Positions 37,497 through 48,154 of a stretch of DNA of 64,000 nt are shown here, one piece after another (the stretch's first letter is position 1; each line of letters starts with the position of its first letter). The position numbers and the translations under genes are program-made. Origin of the DNA: a virus; the IMG/VR virus record IMGVR_UViG_3300046820_003928, positions 64,001 to 128,000 of that record; one strand, 5' to 3'. The notes under the pieces are model-generated. The model was not told the origin of the DNA and did not search any database. It worked only from the letters and a program-made list of their open reading frames with translations.

Positions 37497-38209
37497 TTAA
37501 GAAGTCCTAAAAATGCAACTGAGTCTGTTCCAAATTCTGAGGAATAGAGAGAAAACCCATGTGTCCCGATTGACTCAGTAGAGTCATAATCTCCCGTATC
37601 ATCTAGAATCATATTGAAATCATTCACAATCTCTCTATCTGTGAAAGGATCTGTTGTTATTTTTTTAGATCCATAGAACCCTTCTCTTGTTATTCCAAGA
37701 GATGATTCTCCGCCATCTAAGAATGAAAAAACTGAGATTCCAGAACTGATTCCCGATATGGTCTCATCAACAGCTTTTATGCCACGCGTTTTAAATGGAA
37801 TCTCTTCATTTACTACATATCCCCTGGCCCGAATGTCAAAGACTGTAATTCTTCCGTCTTTGTTTGCACCACCCTCATAGTCAATTGATTGACCCAGGAT
37901 AATCTCACCTGATTCCAAAACTGCAGTCAGTGACTTTCTTTCGTCAGCATCTGCGAACGGGACAATATCAAGTGGATCAATCAGTTCTCCAATTACAGAA
38001 GGAGAGATCTCTTGATCGATCAATCCATCATTTGACATCTCAGCCCACTTTCCTGACGATATGAAGAATGAATTTTCTCTCTTCTTTATGTCTCTCCCAT
38101 ACCGTATTTCAACGCCGTACCCTGTCTTCGAAGGAACAAATGCAGGTGTAGTTGTCCCAGGAGACGGTAGATCATTTCTAAATTGACCCTTGTCGTAAAA
38201 AGGCTTCAT
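37493..38209 (-). CDS. Hypothetical virion protein
   Basis: 238 aa, 4-nt overlaps at both ends. Confidence 0.65.
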   Translation of the reverse strand: MKPFYDKGQFRNDLPSPGTTTPAFVPSKTGYGVEIRYGRDIKKRENSFFISSGKWAEMSNDGLIDQEISPSVIGELIDPLDIVPFADADERKSLTAVLESGEIILGQSIDYEGGANKDGRITVFDIRARGYVVNEEIPFKTRGIKAVDETISGISSGISVFSFLDGGESSLGITREGFYGSKKITTDPFTDREIVNDFNMILDDTGDYDSTESIGTHGFSLYSSEFGTDSVAFLGLLK

Positions 38210-41200
38210 GGTCTAACCGTTGTAGTAAAAAAAACAATAGCCTCTACAGTTGTCCTGGAACTAGACTCAGCAGATCCAGGAGCAGACAGTATGAACATCT
38301 CTTCTGATCTATATCTAAGCTTTCCTCTCTCTATTAGATGCGGCTCAATTACATAATTTATTCCCAAGAATCTAGTTCGCTTAGGAAGAATTGATTCAAC
38401 AAGTTCTGTTAAAGCGACATCAACCCATCTAAAAACCTCATAGGTTCTCATTAGATCCATTTTTCCTGTGAGTCGATTGAAATAAACTCGAGAAAAATGA
38501 TCAAGGCCCGGGTATGTGTCAGAAAACATAAGTGCGGGATCTCCCATGACATTGTCTATGTACTGAGTATCTCCAATTGTCGATATGATATCTTCATTTA
38601 GGGCTTTTACTACGGAGTGTTCAATTGCAAATCTAACATCATCCACTATTTCATCTGTGTTGTAGATTTCATAGACTGGACCAGAAATTGTAAATTCAGG
38701 ATCTGTCTCACCTGGAACGCTAAGACCTCTTACACGCACCTTGTTTTCAGCTTGCTGAAGATCAAATCTCGGAGAAATCCTATTGATACTAATAAGATGA
38801 GGAACTACAATTGATTTTTCTGGCTTAAATCCGGATCCTGAGAGGTGAAGTCCATTTTGGCTAAAGTCAAAGATTCTAATGTTTCCCAGAGAATCAGAAA
38901 CTGTTGTCGCCTGGTCACACGAAGCGTCTATTCTTAGCCGCTCAAATGCACCTGTTTGAACTAGATCGAATCCTAGACCAATTTCTGGATTTTCAAGACC
39001 GATGCTATAGAAGTTTCTAGCGTGTTCAATAAATGACCTATCTCCGGTTTTTGCAGAGGAAAACCTAATTCCAGAAATTTTTCCTGTAAAGAGCGTTCCA
39101 ATGTAATCACTAAAGCCATTCAAGAATCTAGATGAAGAATCGATGCTTTGAGATCCGATTATGAAATAAGATCCTGATGAATTGTATGTCGACGTTTTTG
39201 TCGTGAATGCACTTGTATTGAGAGCCTGAGCGCAGTCTGAATAGAAAGATGAAGTTACAAAGAAGTCTGTGCTCTCTCCTGTCTGTCTTGCACATCTAAG
39301 CGTATAACTTGATGAAGTTGAACCAAAGATGTCCCCTCTTATCCTCTCAACTCCAAGTGTCCATCTTTCTCCATCAAACAAATTCAATCCCGGGATTGAT
39401 AAGACCAGCGGGCTTGGTGCGATTGTACCTGGCTCCTGTGAGGGCCTTGCTGCAAAAACAACGGATCCGGTCTCTTCTCCTTCTTGTCTGTAGAAAAGGT
39501 TTCCAACTAAAAAGTTTGAAGGTGAAGCGCTTCCTGTTGTTAGTATTCTAAAAATGCTCTGTGTAACTGGATGAGAGACATTTTTATCAAAAACAACAGA
39601 TGCTTCGAGAGAAAACGATCCGGATGTTAGGAGGCCATCGCTAGGATTATTTGATATTCCATGCGGAGGAAAACTGGATTTGTTAACAAATGTTCCTGCA
39701 GGATCTGGATATCCAATTTCTATTCTTGATGCACTTAAAAATGGGCTGATTATTCTTGGAGAGTCTTTTCGAACTCCAGGAGAAACAAAGGAACCTGTTG
39801 CATTTGTTCCAGATGGAAATTGAATCATGGAAGAGACCTCAAAGGCATAGTCTCTTAGATCTGCAATTCTAGCCTCACCAGAATTTCCGAATTCTCTGAT
39901 CACAAAGAAGTTCTCTGGAATAATTCCTGAGGATAGGAATATGGATCTTACTGCTGATTTTGTTCCCTTGGACGTGTTAACATAGGTCATATTTGCAAGA
40001 ACCCTTCTCCAGAGATCATCTCTGAGTGCTCGAAGAGTGGTATTGAAATAGCTATCCTCTAGAACGTTCTCGCCAAATGAAAATTGATCTGATGTTGACT
40101 TGGCAAAGAAATTTGGAAGATCTAATCCAAAATAATCAGCAGCAAATCTTATCATTTGGCTGCTGATCTTATCTTCACTTCCGAGTTCAACAGAAAGAAG
40201 TGTTGACATACTATCAATAAACTGCTTTATCTCATCGAGAGATATCGACATGATAATCAGAGATTTTAGAAGAGCAGAGGTATCAGGCATCTCTCCTGTA
40301 CCGGGAACACTAATGAGACTTGGAGTAACTCCAATTCCTGCATCATATTTTGAGAGACCAGATGCCCTTGCACTGTCCTCAAGATAGTGTGAAGGTATAA
40401 GGTTTGTCACAATGTTAGGATTTTGATCATCATAATCTGAGGCGCTAGAGATAAGGCTTGAAATGTTAGAAGAGAAAGATGAAAAATCAGGATAAAGAAC
40501 TGGACTGTAATATGGATTCTGTCTAACAAGGGGAACTTCAATTGATGAAGTTATCTTAAGACTGCTCGTAAAATTTGAAATCCTAGAATGAAGACATTTT
40601 CCTGAATAATCAAGAACAACGTCTTTCATGCTGAAATTGCCAAAGGGCTCATCTAGCCTAAAATAGACAGATAGACCATCTTGTGCAAATATTTGCTGGT
40701 CTTTTCCTTGCTCAATCTCTGCCTGTGTCCGCTCCTTTGTGAAAAATCTAAATTCATCAATAGCACCACTCAGTGTTTGTACAGGCAAGAAATCATAATC
40801 AAGAATCTGATGATAAGATCCGCTTCCAATTACGAGGCTTGATGTGTCAAATTCCAAAGATTCAAAATTCTGAATATCTGAAGATGATCCGATCAATTTT
40901 TCATTGACATAGATGAACGATCTTTTTCCATCTTCATCATTGAAAAGACAGGCTCTAACATGAGAGAAACCTCCCTTTTCTATTGTTCCAGAGGCAATTA
41001 CATATGAATCTGATGCTGAGGAGACAAGGAAAAGAACCGTGCAGTCTGTAGTCGAAGAAGACTCTGATAGTGCGAGTGTAAATCCAGCTTCATTTTGCAG
41101 TCTTTGCACAATTACCTGATTGTCATTTGAAATCTCTGGTATGTGAAGATGCATCTCTATTTCAAATGGACTGCTATTGATTAGAAGAGCATTTTCTGCA

Positions 41201-41664
41201 CTTGCACCTGGGGCTTCTGGAAAATCTTTTCCAGATATTGGAGACACAGAGATTGAAGTTCCTCCAGATGTCTCTCCTACCTGAGTTCCAGAGAAAAAAA
41301 GATATCCTATATTCCTTGGGATAGAATCAAAGACATGCTTCTCAAAACCAGTCAATCCTGTGATGAATCTGTTGATGTCTTTTATTGTTCCGGAGAAGGG
41401 ATATTCATTGATTGATTTAAAAAGAGCTACATCGACCTTTGCTCTTGCTGGTGAAAAAAATGTGTGATTTTCAAACTTTGAAAAATCAAGAGAGAGCTGC
41501 TGTGTTGATTTGAATCCACCCTTGAAAGAGTCTAGTAAAAAATTTTCATCACTTGAATCTTTACCAAGAGAAGCATTTGATACACTTCTTTTGACAGCAT
41601 TTGTAGTCGTCTGCTGCTTCTTTGATCTAAAGAGTGGAGGTCTGTTTCTAAGCCTGGGCATCAT
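38206..41664 (-). CDS. Baseplate wedge protein (gp7/P2 gpI-like core) with LamG domains
   Basis: LWRRVLANM...SKGTKSAVR; LamG SGAIDEFRFF, VYFRLDE...DYSG; downstream of gp6. Confidence 0.65.
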   Translation of the reverse strand: MMPRLRNRPPLFRSKKQQTTTNAVKRSVSNASLGKDSSDENFLLDSFKGGFKSTQQLSLDFSKFENHTFFSPARAKVDVALFKSINEYPFSGTIKDINRFITGLTGFEKHVFDSIPRNIGYLFFSGTQVGETSGGTSISVSPISGKDFPEAPGASAENALLINSSPFEIEMHLHIPEISNDNQVIVQRLQNEAGFTLALSESSSTTDCTVLFLVSSASDSYVIASGTIEKGGFSHVRACLFNDEDGKRSFIYVNEKLIGSSSDIQNFESLEFDTSSLVIGSGSYHQILDYDFLPVQTLSGAIDEFRFFTKERTQAEIEQGKDQQIFAQDGLSVYFRLDEPFGNFSMKDVVLDYSGKCLHSRISNFTSSLKITSSIEVPLVRQNPYYSPVLYPDFSSFSSNISSLISSASDYDDQNPNIVTNLIPSHYLEDSARASGLSKYDAGIGVTPSLISVPGTGEMPDTSALLKSLIIMSISLDEIKQFIDSMSTLLSVELGSEDKISSQMIRFAADYFGLDLPNFFAKSTSDQFSFGENVLEDSYFNTTLRALRDDLWRRVLANMTYVNTSKGTKSAVRSIFLSSGIIPENFFVIREFGNSGEARIADLRDYAFEVSSMIQFPSGTNATGSFVSPGVRKDSPRIISPFLSASRIEIGYPDPAGTFVNKSSFPPHGISNNPSDGLLTSGSFSLEASVVFDKNVSHPVTQSIFRILTTGSASPSNFLVGNLFYRQEGEETGSVVFAARPSQEPGTIAPSPLVLSIPGLNLFDGERWTLGVERIRGDIFGSTSSSYTLRCARQTGESTDFFVTSSFYSDCAQALNTSAFTTKTSTYNSSGSYFIIGSQSIDSSSRFLNGFSDYIGTLFTGKISGIRFSSAKTGDRSFIEHARNFYSIGLENPEIGLGFDLVQTGAFERLRIDASCDQATTVSDSLGNIRIFDFSQNGLHLSGSGFKPEKSIVVPHLISINRISPRFDLQQAENKVRVRGLSVPGETDPEFTISGPVYEIYNTDEIVDDVRFAIEHSVVKALNEDIISTIGDTQYIDNVMGDPALMFSDTYPGLDHFSRVYFNRLTGKMDLMRTYEVFRWVDVALTELVESILPKRTRFLGINYVIEPHLIERGKLRYRSEEMFILSAPGSAESSSRTTVEAIVFFTTTVRP

Positions 41665-43181
41665 TCAATCCTAAATTTTGCTGCTACATCAGCAACATTT
41701 GTCTCTATTCCCTTGTTTATTATTCTAAAATCAAACGTGTATGTTCTTCCTTTTGGCAAAGATGACATGTAAAAATCAAAATAATGAGAAGTTGAGTCAT
41801 TTGAGACTTGCGTTCCCGGATCGTGGAAAGGGATAACAATGTCTCCGCTCTCAAAGTCTCTAATTCTATAAAAGCACTTCTCAACTATGATTCCTGTGTT
41901 TTCAAGTGGAAGCTTAACTTTTACAATATTTCTATTGAAGTCTTCAACAAACATTCTAAATCTTATCTTTTCATTCTCTCCGTATGAAGACTGCATGTTG
42001 GTGATGTTTATGAAGTATCTTTCTGGAGTTTGTGAAAAATAAGTTGTATCCCTTCTTTTAATTGGCAGAGATCCTGTTGCAAATTGGACTTTCTCATCGA
42101 GAGACAGCCACTTTACTCCAAAGTTAAAAGAATCAATATTGAGAGCAGAACCTGTCAGCTTAGGGTAGATGTCGCTATCAAAAGAATTAACAAGAAAACT
42201 AGAGGAATAAATTCCAGTTACTGGAACGGATCCTACTGAATACTGAGATCCTAGAAAGGTTCTTTCAATTGATCCTGATCGTATCTTTACCTTTATGCAG
42301 TTATTTCCGGTGAGCTGTGTAAGGCTAGATCCAGAAACAAGATTTGAAGGGGAGCCTGCCGCAAAAGTGTTTAGAAAGATTGTTCCAGAAGTATTGAATT
42401 CAAAATTTTGAGTTTTATCTGAAATAACATCATTGTAAGTAACAATTAGTCGTGGACGATTTGCAGTATTTGTTGTGTTTCTTGATGCAAAGCGCTTCAC
42501 AAATCTAGTCTTCTGGTCTGTTTCCTGATTCGGAATAAAAGAAATTCTAAATCCAGAATCTGGGATCTGATTTGCAAGGACACCAGATACGATTCTTGTT
42601 ACATCAACATTTAGATCTTCTTTTCCTGTTGAAAATATCTGGGTTGATGCAAATGATACAGATCCAAGTCCATCCCCAAGATTTCCTTGAGTAAAGTAGT
42701 CAACCCCGGGTGCTAGAAGATCACCTCCGGCACCTGCTCCAGAAACTGACCATGTTACTACTGTGGTAGAAATAGAAGCTGTTATGAAGTTGGAAACATC
42801 AATATCTTCGAACCTTATAACGTCTCTTCCGATTCCTTCATCAAAACTTTTTGAAAGGGGATAGACAACCAAAGAAAAGTTATTAGGAGTCGTCTGTCCG
42901 CCATAAACATCATGTAGATAAAGGCTGCAAGAGAAAGACGGACTTGAAATATCGATCTCTCCTCTTGTCAAAGAATCTCGAAGATCGTCTAAATCAAAAT
43001 GAACCAATGCCCTGCTAATCTCAATAGGATTTGACTCGGATTCAAACGTATTCTCGTCATATAGCTTAAAAAGATCAATAGTTCCTGCCTGACCCGTGTT
43101 TGAGTCAGTTGCACGAAGCGTATTTGAAATAATCTTATTTGTTATGTATGAATCTTTATCTGCCTGAAGTATTCTATACAT
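41661..43181 (-). CDS. Baseplate-associated protein with a DNRLRE/CBM96-like domain
   Basis: ADKDSYI...SRALVHFDL...FASRN...RPRLIVTY. Confidence 0.55.
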   Translation of the reverse strand: MYRILQADKDSYITNKIISNTLRATDSNTGQAGTIDLFKLYDENTFESESNPIEISRALVHFDLDDLRDSLTRGEIDISSPSFSCSLYLHDVYGGQTTPNNFSLVVYPLSKSFDEGIGRDVIRFEDIDVSNFITASISTTVVTWSVSGAGAGGDLLAPGVDYFTQGNLGDGLGSVSFASTQIFSTGKEDLNVDVTRIVSGVLANQIPDSGFRISFIPNQETDQKTRFVKRFASRNTTNTANRPRLIVTYNDVISDKTQNFEFNTSGTIFLNTFAAGSPSNLVSGSSLTQLTGNNCIKVKIRSGSIERTFLGSQYSVGSVPVTGIYSSSFLVNSFDSDIYPKLTGSALNIDSFNFGVKWLSLDEKVQFATGSLPIKRRDTTYFSQTPERYFINITNMQSSYGENEKIRFRMFVEDFNRNIVKVKLPLENTGIIVEKCFYRIRDFESGDIVIPFHDPGTQVSNDSTSHYFDFYMSSLPKGRTYTFDFRIINKGIETNVADVAAKFRIE

Positions 43182-43189
43182 GTCAACTC

Positions 43190-45040
43190 CTAGATAGCAT
43201 TTCCAACGATGTCAAAATCAGGATATTTCACTTCAAAAATACCGCCCAGAGGAGGAGAAATGACGCCCCTTCTTATTGAAGTACTTGGATTTATAGAAAA
43301 GATAGAGTATGATCTGTCATCAATATCTCCTGACAGACTTGTAAAAGTGTAGCTTTCCAAGTTTATAACTCCATCTTGATTGAGAACAAGGTTAATGATG
43401 TCAGATATCTGTATTCCGCCATCAATTTGCATATTGACTAGAGAAAGATACTCAATTATGGAATTATTGATCCTTGTAATAATTCCAGACTTATCTTCTC
43501 TTGGATCAATTGAGACGTTATAGTTGAATCCAATGTTAACTATCTTTGCATCAAGGATATCAAAAGCGTCAGAGATAACTCTGAACTCATTTAGATAGGT
43601 TGAAATATTTCTCTTTAGTGTATCAGGAGATTGTGTGAGATTTCCATTTGCATCCCTGCTAACTACATAAAGAAGGGAAGAAAGAGGATTAACAGGATTT
43701 GGCTGTATTCCAACCCTAAATGCCCTTCCAAAATTTGTAGGCATCAAAAAGACCCGTGCAATAAGGTCTTCTTTTGAAACAACTCTATTTTGAGAATTTC
43801 TAACGCTCAATGCAACTGATCTTAGTTCTTCGATTGTTGGGGCATTTTCTCCACCCTGTGCTGCACTTTCATTATTGACAGATATGCTGGCTCTTATTGT
43901 TGATGATTTTGATGGGGATATTGCGGGGTTGAATTTTGTCACAAGGTTGCTTACGACTCTAATTGTTCCCGGAGATACGTTGTGAGATATTCCTCCTCCA
44001 TTTCTATATCTAACCCTTATTGAGGTATTGATAGGAGTAACTCCAAGGCTCTTTGATCCAAGCATCGAATTGGGATCTATTGCAACTCTTGTAAAAGTCT
44101 TCTTGTCACCAAAAAGAGGTAGAGATACCTCGCTAGGATCAGGAAGAATATCATTGTCAAGAGTATCTGATCTTCCAGATCCAAACACGATTGTTGCAAT
44201 TCCCGTATCTGAGTCTGATCTGGTTATAAACCTATACGGAGCAGGAACAACTGCGATTGCATTTTCAACCTGGGAAGAGTCTGAGTTGTAGTTTTCGATA
44301 GACTTGAATGCAGTATCTTGGGCTAGAGAGTCTACCTCATAGTATTCATTTCCTTCGCTATCTACAACAAGAACGATATCGCTAACATTTGGCTTAGATA
44401 ATGTAATTGTCTTGAATGGAGTAGGATCAGATCCAAACGTAAAAGTTTCCTCAGAAACCTCTCCTGATTCACAAATTCCTATTCTTGTAACTGTGAAGGA
44501 GGTGGGATTTCCAGATGAATCTGTTGTGTTTGTAACATAGGTGCAAACTAGGTTTCCAAACTCATCTCTTTCAGCAAAATCAACATCGCTCCTAAGAGAA
44601 AAGGATATTCCTGTATTAGAAGAAACTCTTGTTCCGGCCCTTAAGATGGGAAGCTGAGATGTATTTGGGATATATCCGTTTGATCCAAGGGACGCATCAA
44701 CTGTAAAAGAAAAACTAATATCGGCATATGCAGGAGAAGCTCCCCTGATCTTTACGCCTGCAAGTCTAACAAGCCTCTCAACATTTCTTCTCTCAACTGC
44801 TGTATCAAGTCCCATCTCATTAAACTGATGGTCCATGTAAAAGGCAGTAGAATCTCCCACGTATGCAACTAGATCAACAAGCATTCCTCCCACAGATGCT
44901 TCTGAGAAATCCTGAATCTGATCCGGGAAGTAGAGTTTTGCATATTTTAGGAGCTCAGATCTGAATCCTTCGAAATCTCTTGCTAGATAATTTCTCTGTC
45001 TCTTCTGAGTTAGATTCTTTTTTACGTTTGTAAGTGACAT
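43190..45040 (-). CDS. gp6: Baseplate wedge subunit (T4 gp6 / P2 gpJ-like)
   Basis: NYLARDF, DFSEASVGGMLVDLVAYVGD, FGSG, AQGGENAPTIEELR, QNRVVSKED. Confidence 0.9.
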   Translation of the reverse strand: MSLTNVKKNLTQKRQRNYLARDFEGFRSELLKYAKLYFPDQIQDFSEASVGGMLVDLVAYVGDSTAFYMDHQFNEMGLDTAVERRNVERLVRLAGVKIRGASPAYADISFSFTVDASLGSNGYIPNTSQLPILRAGTRVSSNTGISFSLRSDVDFAERDEFGNLVCTYVTNTTDSSGNPTSFTVTRIGICESGEVSEETFTFGSDPTPFKTITLSKPNVSDIVLVVDSEGNEYYEVDSLAQDTAFKSIENYNSDSSQVENAIAVVPAPYRFITRSDSDTGIATIVFGSGRSDTLDNDILPDPSEVSLPLFGDKKTFTRVAIDPNSMLGSKSLGVTPINTSIRVRYRNGGGISHNVSPGTIRVVSNLVTKFNPAISPSKSSTIRASISVNNESAAQGGENAPTIEELRSVALSVRNSQNRVVSKEDLIARVFLMPTNFGRAFRVGIQPNPVNPLSSLLYVVSRDANGNLTQSPDTLKRNISTYLNEFRVISDAFDILDAKIVNIGFNYNVSIDPREDKSGIITRINNSIIEYLSLVNMQIDGGIQISDIINLVLNQDGVINLESYTFTSLSGDIDDRSYSIFSINPSTSIRRGVISPPLGGIFEVKYPDFDIVGNAI

Positions 45041-45043
45041 CTT

Positions 45044-45514
45044 TTATCCAATGTTCGATAGGATGATCTCGACAGTTTTTTCAGCAGTTGAAAGTCTGGG
45101 AATTGAAAACTTTATAAGAATTCTCATCCTTGAAGTTCCATTCCTTTCACTTTCAATAGGCTGGGCATCAAAAGATCCCAGGCTAATATAGGGCATGTAC
45201 TTCTCTGTTGTTGCCTTGATGAACATCATAGCTTGTTCATCGTAGTCTGGCTGTGACAACCTTTCTGTTAGTAGGTATCTAAGATTTCCTCCGAAGTCGT
45301 AGAGGGGTAATCTTTCTCCGTGATTAACAAGTAGCATGTTCTTGAAGTTATCAACCATCTGATCGAGAACAGAGGTTGACATTTCAAACGGACCTCCCAC
45401 TTTTGTCTTTGATCTTACCGGTGTTAATATTCCAACAGGAAGAGGCTGGGGAGCCTGAACACTCCTGGGATTATCCTTTAGATCTCCAACGCTCTTAAAG
45501 CTTATTGCTGCCAT
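45044..45514 (-). CDS. gp25: Baseplate wedge/sheath initiator (T4 gp25-like)
   Basis: NFKNMLLVNHGERLPLYDFGGNLRYLL; adjacent to gp6. Confidence 0.85.
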   Translation of the reverse strand: MAAISFKSVGDLKDNPRSVQAPQPLPVGILTPVRSKTKVGGPFEMSTSVLDQMVDNFKNMLLVNHGERLPLYDFGGNLRYLLTERLSQPDYDEQAMMFIKATTEKYMPYISLGSFDAQPIESERNGTSRMRILIKFSIPRLSTAEKTVEIILSNIG

Positions 45515-45519
45515 GTCTG

Positions 45520-45526
45520 TAATTAT
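45520..45526 (-). promoter_or_regulatory. Putative late promoter ATAATTA
   Basis: ATA-N-TTA 5 nt upstream of the gp25 ATG. Confidence 0.35.
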
Positions 45527-45557
45527 TTAGAGAAAAAGCATGCCATGAATCTCTTAT

Positions 45558-46655
45558 CTAGATAATTTCTAGAATTTTGGCTGCAGCCAGAGAGATCAAT
45601 CCGGACCCTAGAAGAAATCCAATAAGAGAGACTATGAAACACTTTGCAAAGAAAAAGATGACATTCAAAAATGAAGATATCTCTAAAAAGGCAGTTGAAG
45701 CTATTCCTATAACAGGGCTCAAAAGAGACCACACAAAATCGGTAATTGATGAAAATAGATCGGAAACTGCCTCTTGCACATTTGTCAAAAGCTTTCCAAT
45801 TGCACTTGATATTTTTTGAATAGCTGCGGAAGCAGCCTGTGCTGCACCAGATATGGCAGAAGATACAGCTTCTATAATCTCAGACGGGATTGATAGAAAA
45901 ACTGTCATAGCTTTGATAAATTTTGTACCAATACCGTCAATTCCATTAGATTCAATTGTTGCAAAAAGAGGAGAAATATCTAGCCTTGGGTCAATAAAAG
46001 AAGTATCAAGAACTGGAACAGGAAGATCGGGAACAATGCCTGAAACGGACTCCGCAGCCTCCTCTATGATCTGGGTTGCAAGATTTTCTATTTCTGATTT
46101 TCTTTCTTCTAGCTTTTGAACTACAGGGTCGGGATTGATTCCGGCAGACCTAAATGCCTCTGCTATTGTATTGGACAGAGAATTAAAGAACTCCGCTGTG
46201 TTTCCGACATCTATTGCAGCGCTAATATCAGCTGCATTTTTTATAACGACGTCAATTTGAGAAATTAGGACATCAACTACGGGAACACCTATGCTCGATT
46301 CAATCGAAGATAGAGTTTCCTGTAATTCTGTGATTATTGTTGCGACAGGCTTTGTTGGGTCAAAAATTGGGACAGTTTTAAGAATTCCAACATCAGGAAT
46401 TGAATCAACAAGAACGCCTATGTTTTGAATGTATCCATTAACATAGACTCCGTGCCATGCTGGGTAGTCCTCTTGAATAACTCCAATGGAATCAGTCTTA
46501 AAGTCCCCCATGCCTATTGAGTCCGGAGGAAGATTTATGCTCCCAAGTGAAATTCCTTCTTTGAGAGTTTTAACAACGTTGTCCCGATATCTGGTAGCAG
46601 CTATTTGAGTAATTTTACCGTCAGATACAACTCCAACTGTAGCAAGAGTTCCCAT
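45558..46655 (-). CDS. Hypothetical helical protein with a hydrophobic C-terminus
   Basis: 365 aa; C-terminal FLNVIFFFAKCFIVSLIGFLLGSGLISLAAA could span a membrane. Confidence 0.6.
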   Translation of the reverse strand: MGTLATVGVVSDGKITQIAATRYRDNVVKTLKEGISLGSINLPPDSIGMGDFKTDSIGVIQEDYPAWHGVYVNGYIQNIGVLVDSIPDVGILKTVPIFDPTKPVATIITELQETLSSIESSIGVPVVDVLISQIDVVIKNAADISAAIDVGNTAEFFNSLSNTIAEAFRSAGINPDPVVQKLEERKSEIENLATQIIEEAAESVSGIVPDLPVPVLDTSFIDPRLDISPLFATIESNGIDGIGTKFIKAMTVFLSIPSEIIEAVSSAISGAAQAASAAIQKISSAIGKLLTNVQEAVSDLFSSITDFVWSLLSPVIGIASTAFLEISSFLNVIFFFAKCFIVSLIGFLLGSGLISLAAAKILEII

Positions 46656-46661
46656 AAATCT

Positions 46662-47759
46662 CTACACCTTGACCAGAATCTTAGTTGCAAAAACTCCTGT
46701 TGCTGGGACTCCTTCTACACCCAGAACTCCGCCTGCTGTGTCAACGATGGGTGTCCCTACGACAGTTCCACCAGCATTTAGGGCAGTTTGACAAGCAAGA
46801 ATTGCCCCTGTTGCATCATCCCCACCCAGCTTGATTACTCCTGTCAAAGAAGGGGTAACAACAATGTCTCCATTACTTTTTATGATGATACTAGACGGAT
46901 CGGATCCTTCTCCTACAACAATTTTAAGATCATTTTTTGCAATAATTCTCACACTATCAGACTTTAGGGATATTGAAGGTTGCGAACCGCTGTCATCTCC
47001 GGGAAGAGAATAATATGAATCAGAGTTAAAAGAACGAGAAACAGTAATCCTGGACTCATCGTCAGGACTTAGATTTCCCAATTCAGGAGTGTTGTCTTCT
47101 CTTAGCGGAGGCTTAAGAGAAGTTTCATTTCTTGAATTTAGAATTTTTCTACCGGATTCTGCAGTAGAAATTCCTGCAACCAGGTCTACAGTTCCTGTTC
47201 CTTTTTCTCCTAGATTTCTGAGAATTATTGCAGATCCATTCGATCCCTGCAGAAGAAGATCTAGAGATGTCTTTGAAACCGGGAAGACAGCCTCTCCTAC
47301 AAATTCACTCTTTGAAATTGCGTCATCTCGAACGCCCTGAAGAGAAACTCCAGCTGAATTTGCATCAAAGATTATGCCAGAAGCTTTCTCTCTTGCATCG
47401 GGCTCATTTCCCAAAGCCAAGAAAAGTCGAGCATTATCGTCATTTGTAAAGTTTAGATCTTCAGCAGATGAATTCTGTACCTTCCTAGACATCCAATAGG
47501 AAACTCTTGAATTTCCAGGCTCAAATATCCAGGCTCTCTCTCCTGACTTAATTGGAAAGCTTATGTGAGAGAAAAATGGAAAGTATACTCTTTTCTGGAG
47601 ATCTGAATCTTTGCCAATCTTCACACCAATAATTGTGCCATTTGGACAATTGGATAGAAAATTTACCCCGACTACATCTTTTGAAATCTTTTGAATCTGT
47701 TCGCTAGTTAGCTTGCTATAGTCTGCGATGTAGTCAACGACAAGAACTTCCTGGAACAC
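46662..47759 (-). CDS. Baseplate hub/spike (gp5/gpV-like)
   Basis: OB-fold-like YFPFFSHISFPIKSGERAW; DLLLQGSNGSAI; C-terminal beta-helix-like strands; near gp25. Confidence 0.55.
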   Translation of the reverse strand: MFQEVLVVDYIADYSKLTSEQIQKISKDVVGVNFLSNCPNGTIIGVKIGKDSDLQKRVYFPFFSHISFPIKSGERAWIFEPGNSRVSYWMSRKVQNSSAEDLNFTNDDNARLFLALGNEPDAREKASGIIFDANSAGVSLQGVRDDAISKSEFVGEAVFPVSKTSLDLLLQGSNGSAIILRNLGEKGTGTVDLVAGISTAESGRKILNSRNETSLKPPLREDNTPELGNLSPDDESRITVSRSFNSDSYYSLPGDDSGSQPSISLKSDSVRIIAKNDLKIVVGEGSDPSSIIIKSNGDIVVTPSLTGVIKLGGDDATGAILACQTALNAGGTVVGTPIVDTAGGVLGVEGVPATGVFATKILVKV

Positions 47760-47760
47760 G

Positions 47761-48141
47761 TTAGTCCTCAGAGATTTGGTAAAATATTGAATCTGTGTCG
47801 AGAGGCCTATTTTCTTCCTTGGTTATAATCTCAGCAAGCTTTATAATCTGATCGTTGGCTCGAGACATTCTCTCGATATATTTCACAACAATGGGACCAA
47901 GAATGCTATGGTTTGCAGCATTTCCCTTTATTTGCATGATGGTATCAGTAAATAGAATTGAGGCGCTCTCTCTATCTGTTAGAGCATTTCTATAGATCTC
48001 AGACCATAGGATTCTCTTTTTATTATCAAGTCCCTCAATTGAATTTAGCAGATCATCGAACTGTGCAACTTTGGACTCTTTTCTTTTAAGATCTCCCAGC
48101 TTATCATTGAGATCTTCGATGTCTGCTTCCTTCTTTGCCAT
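47761..48141 (-). CDS. Hypothetical coiled-coil protein
   Basis: ATG 48141 (MAKKEAD) after an AGGAAGG RBS. Confidence 0.65.
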   Translation of the reverse strand: MAKKEADIEDLNDKLGDLKRKESKVAQFDDLLNSIEGLDNKKRILWSEIYRNALTDRESASILFTDTIMQIKGNAANHSILGPIVVKYIERMSRANDQIIKLAEIITKEENRPLDTDSIFYQISED

Positions 48142-48154
48142 TTTCCTTCCTAGA

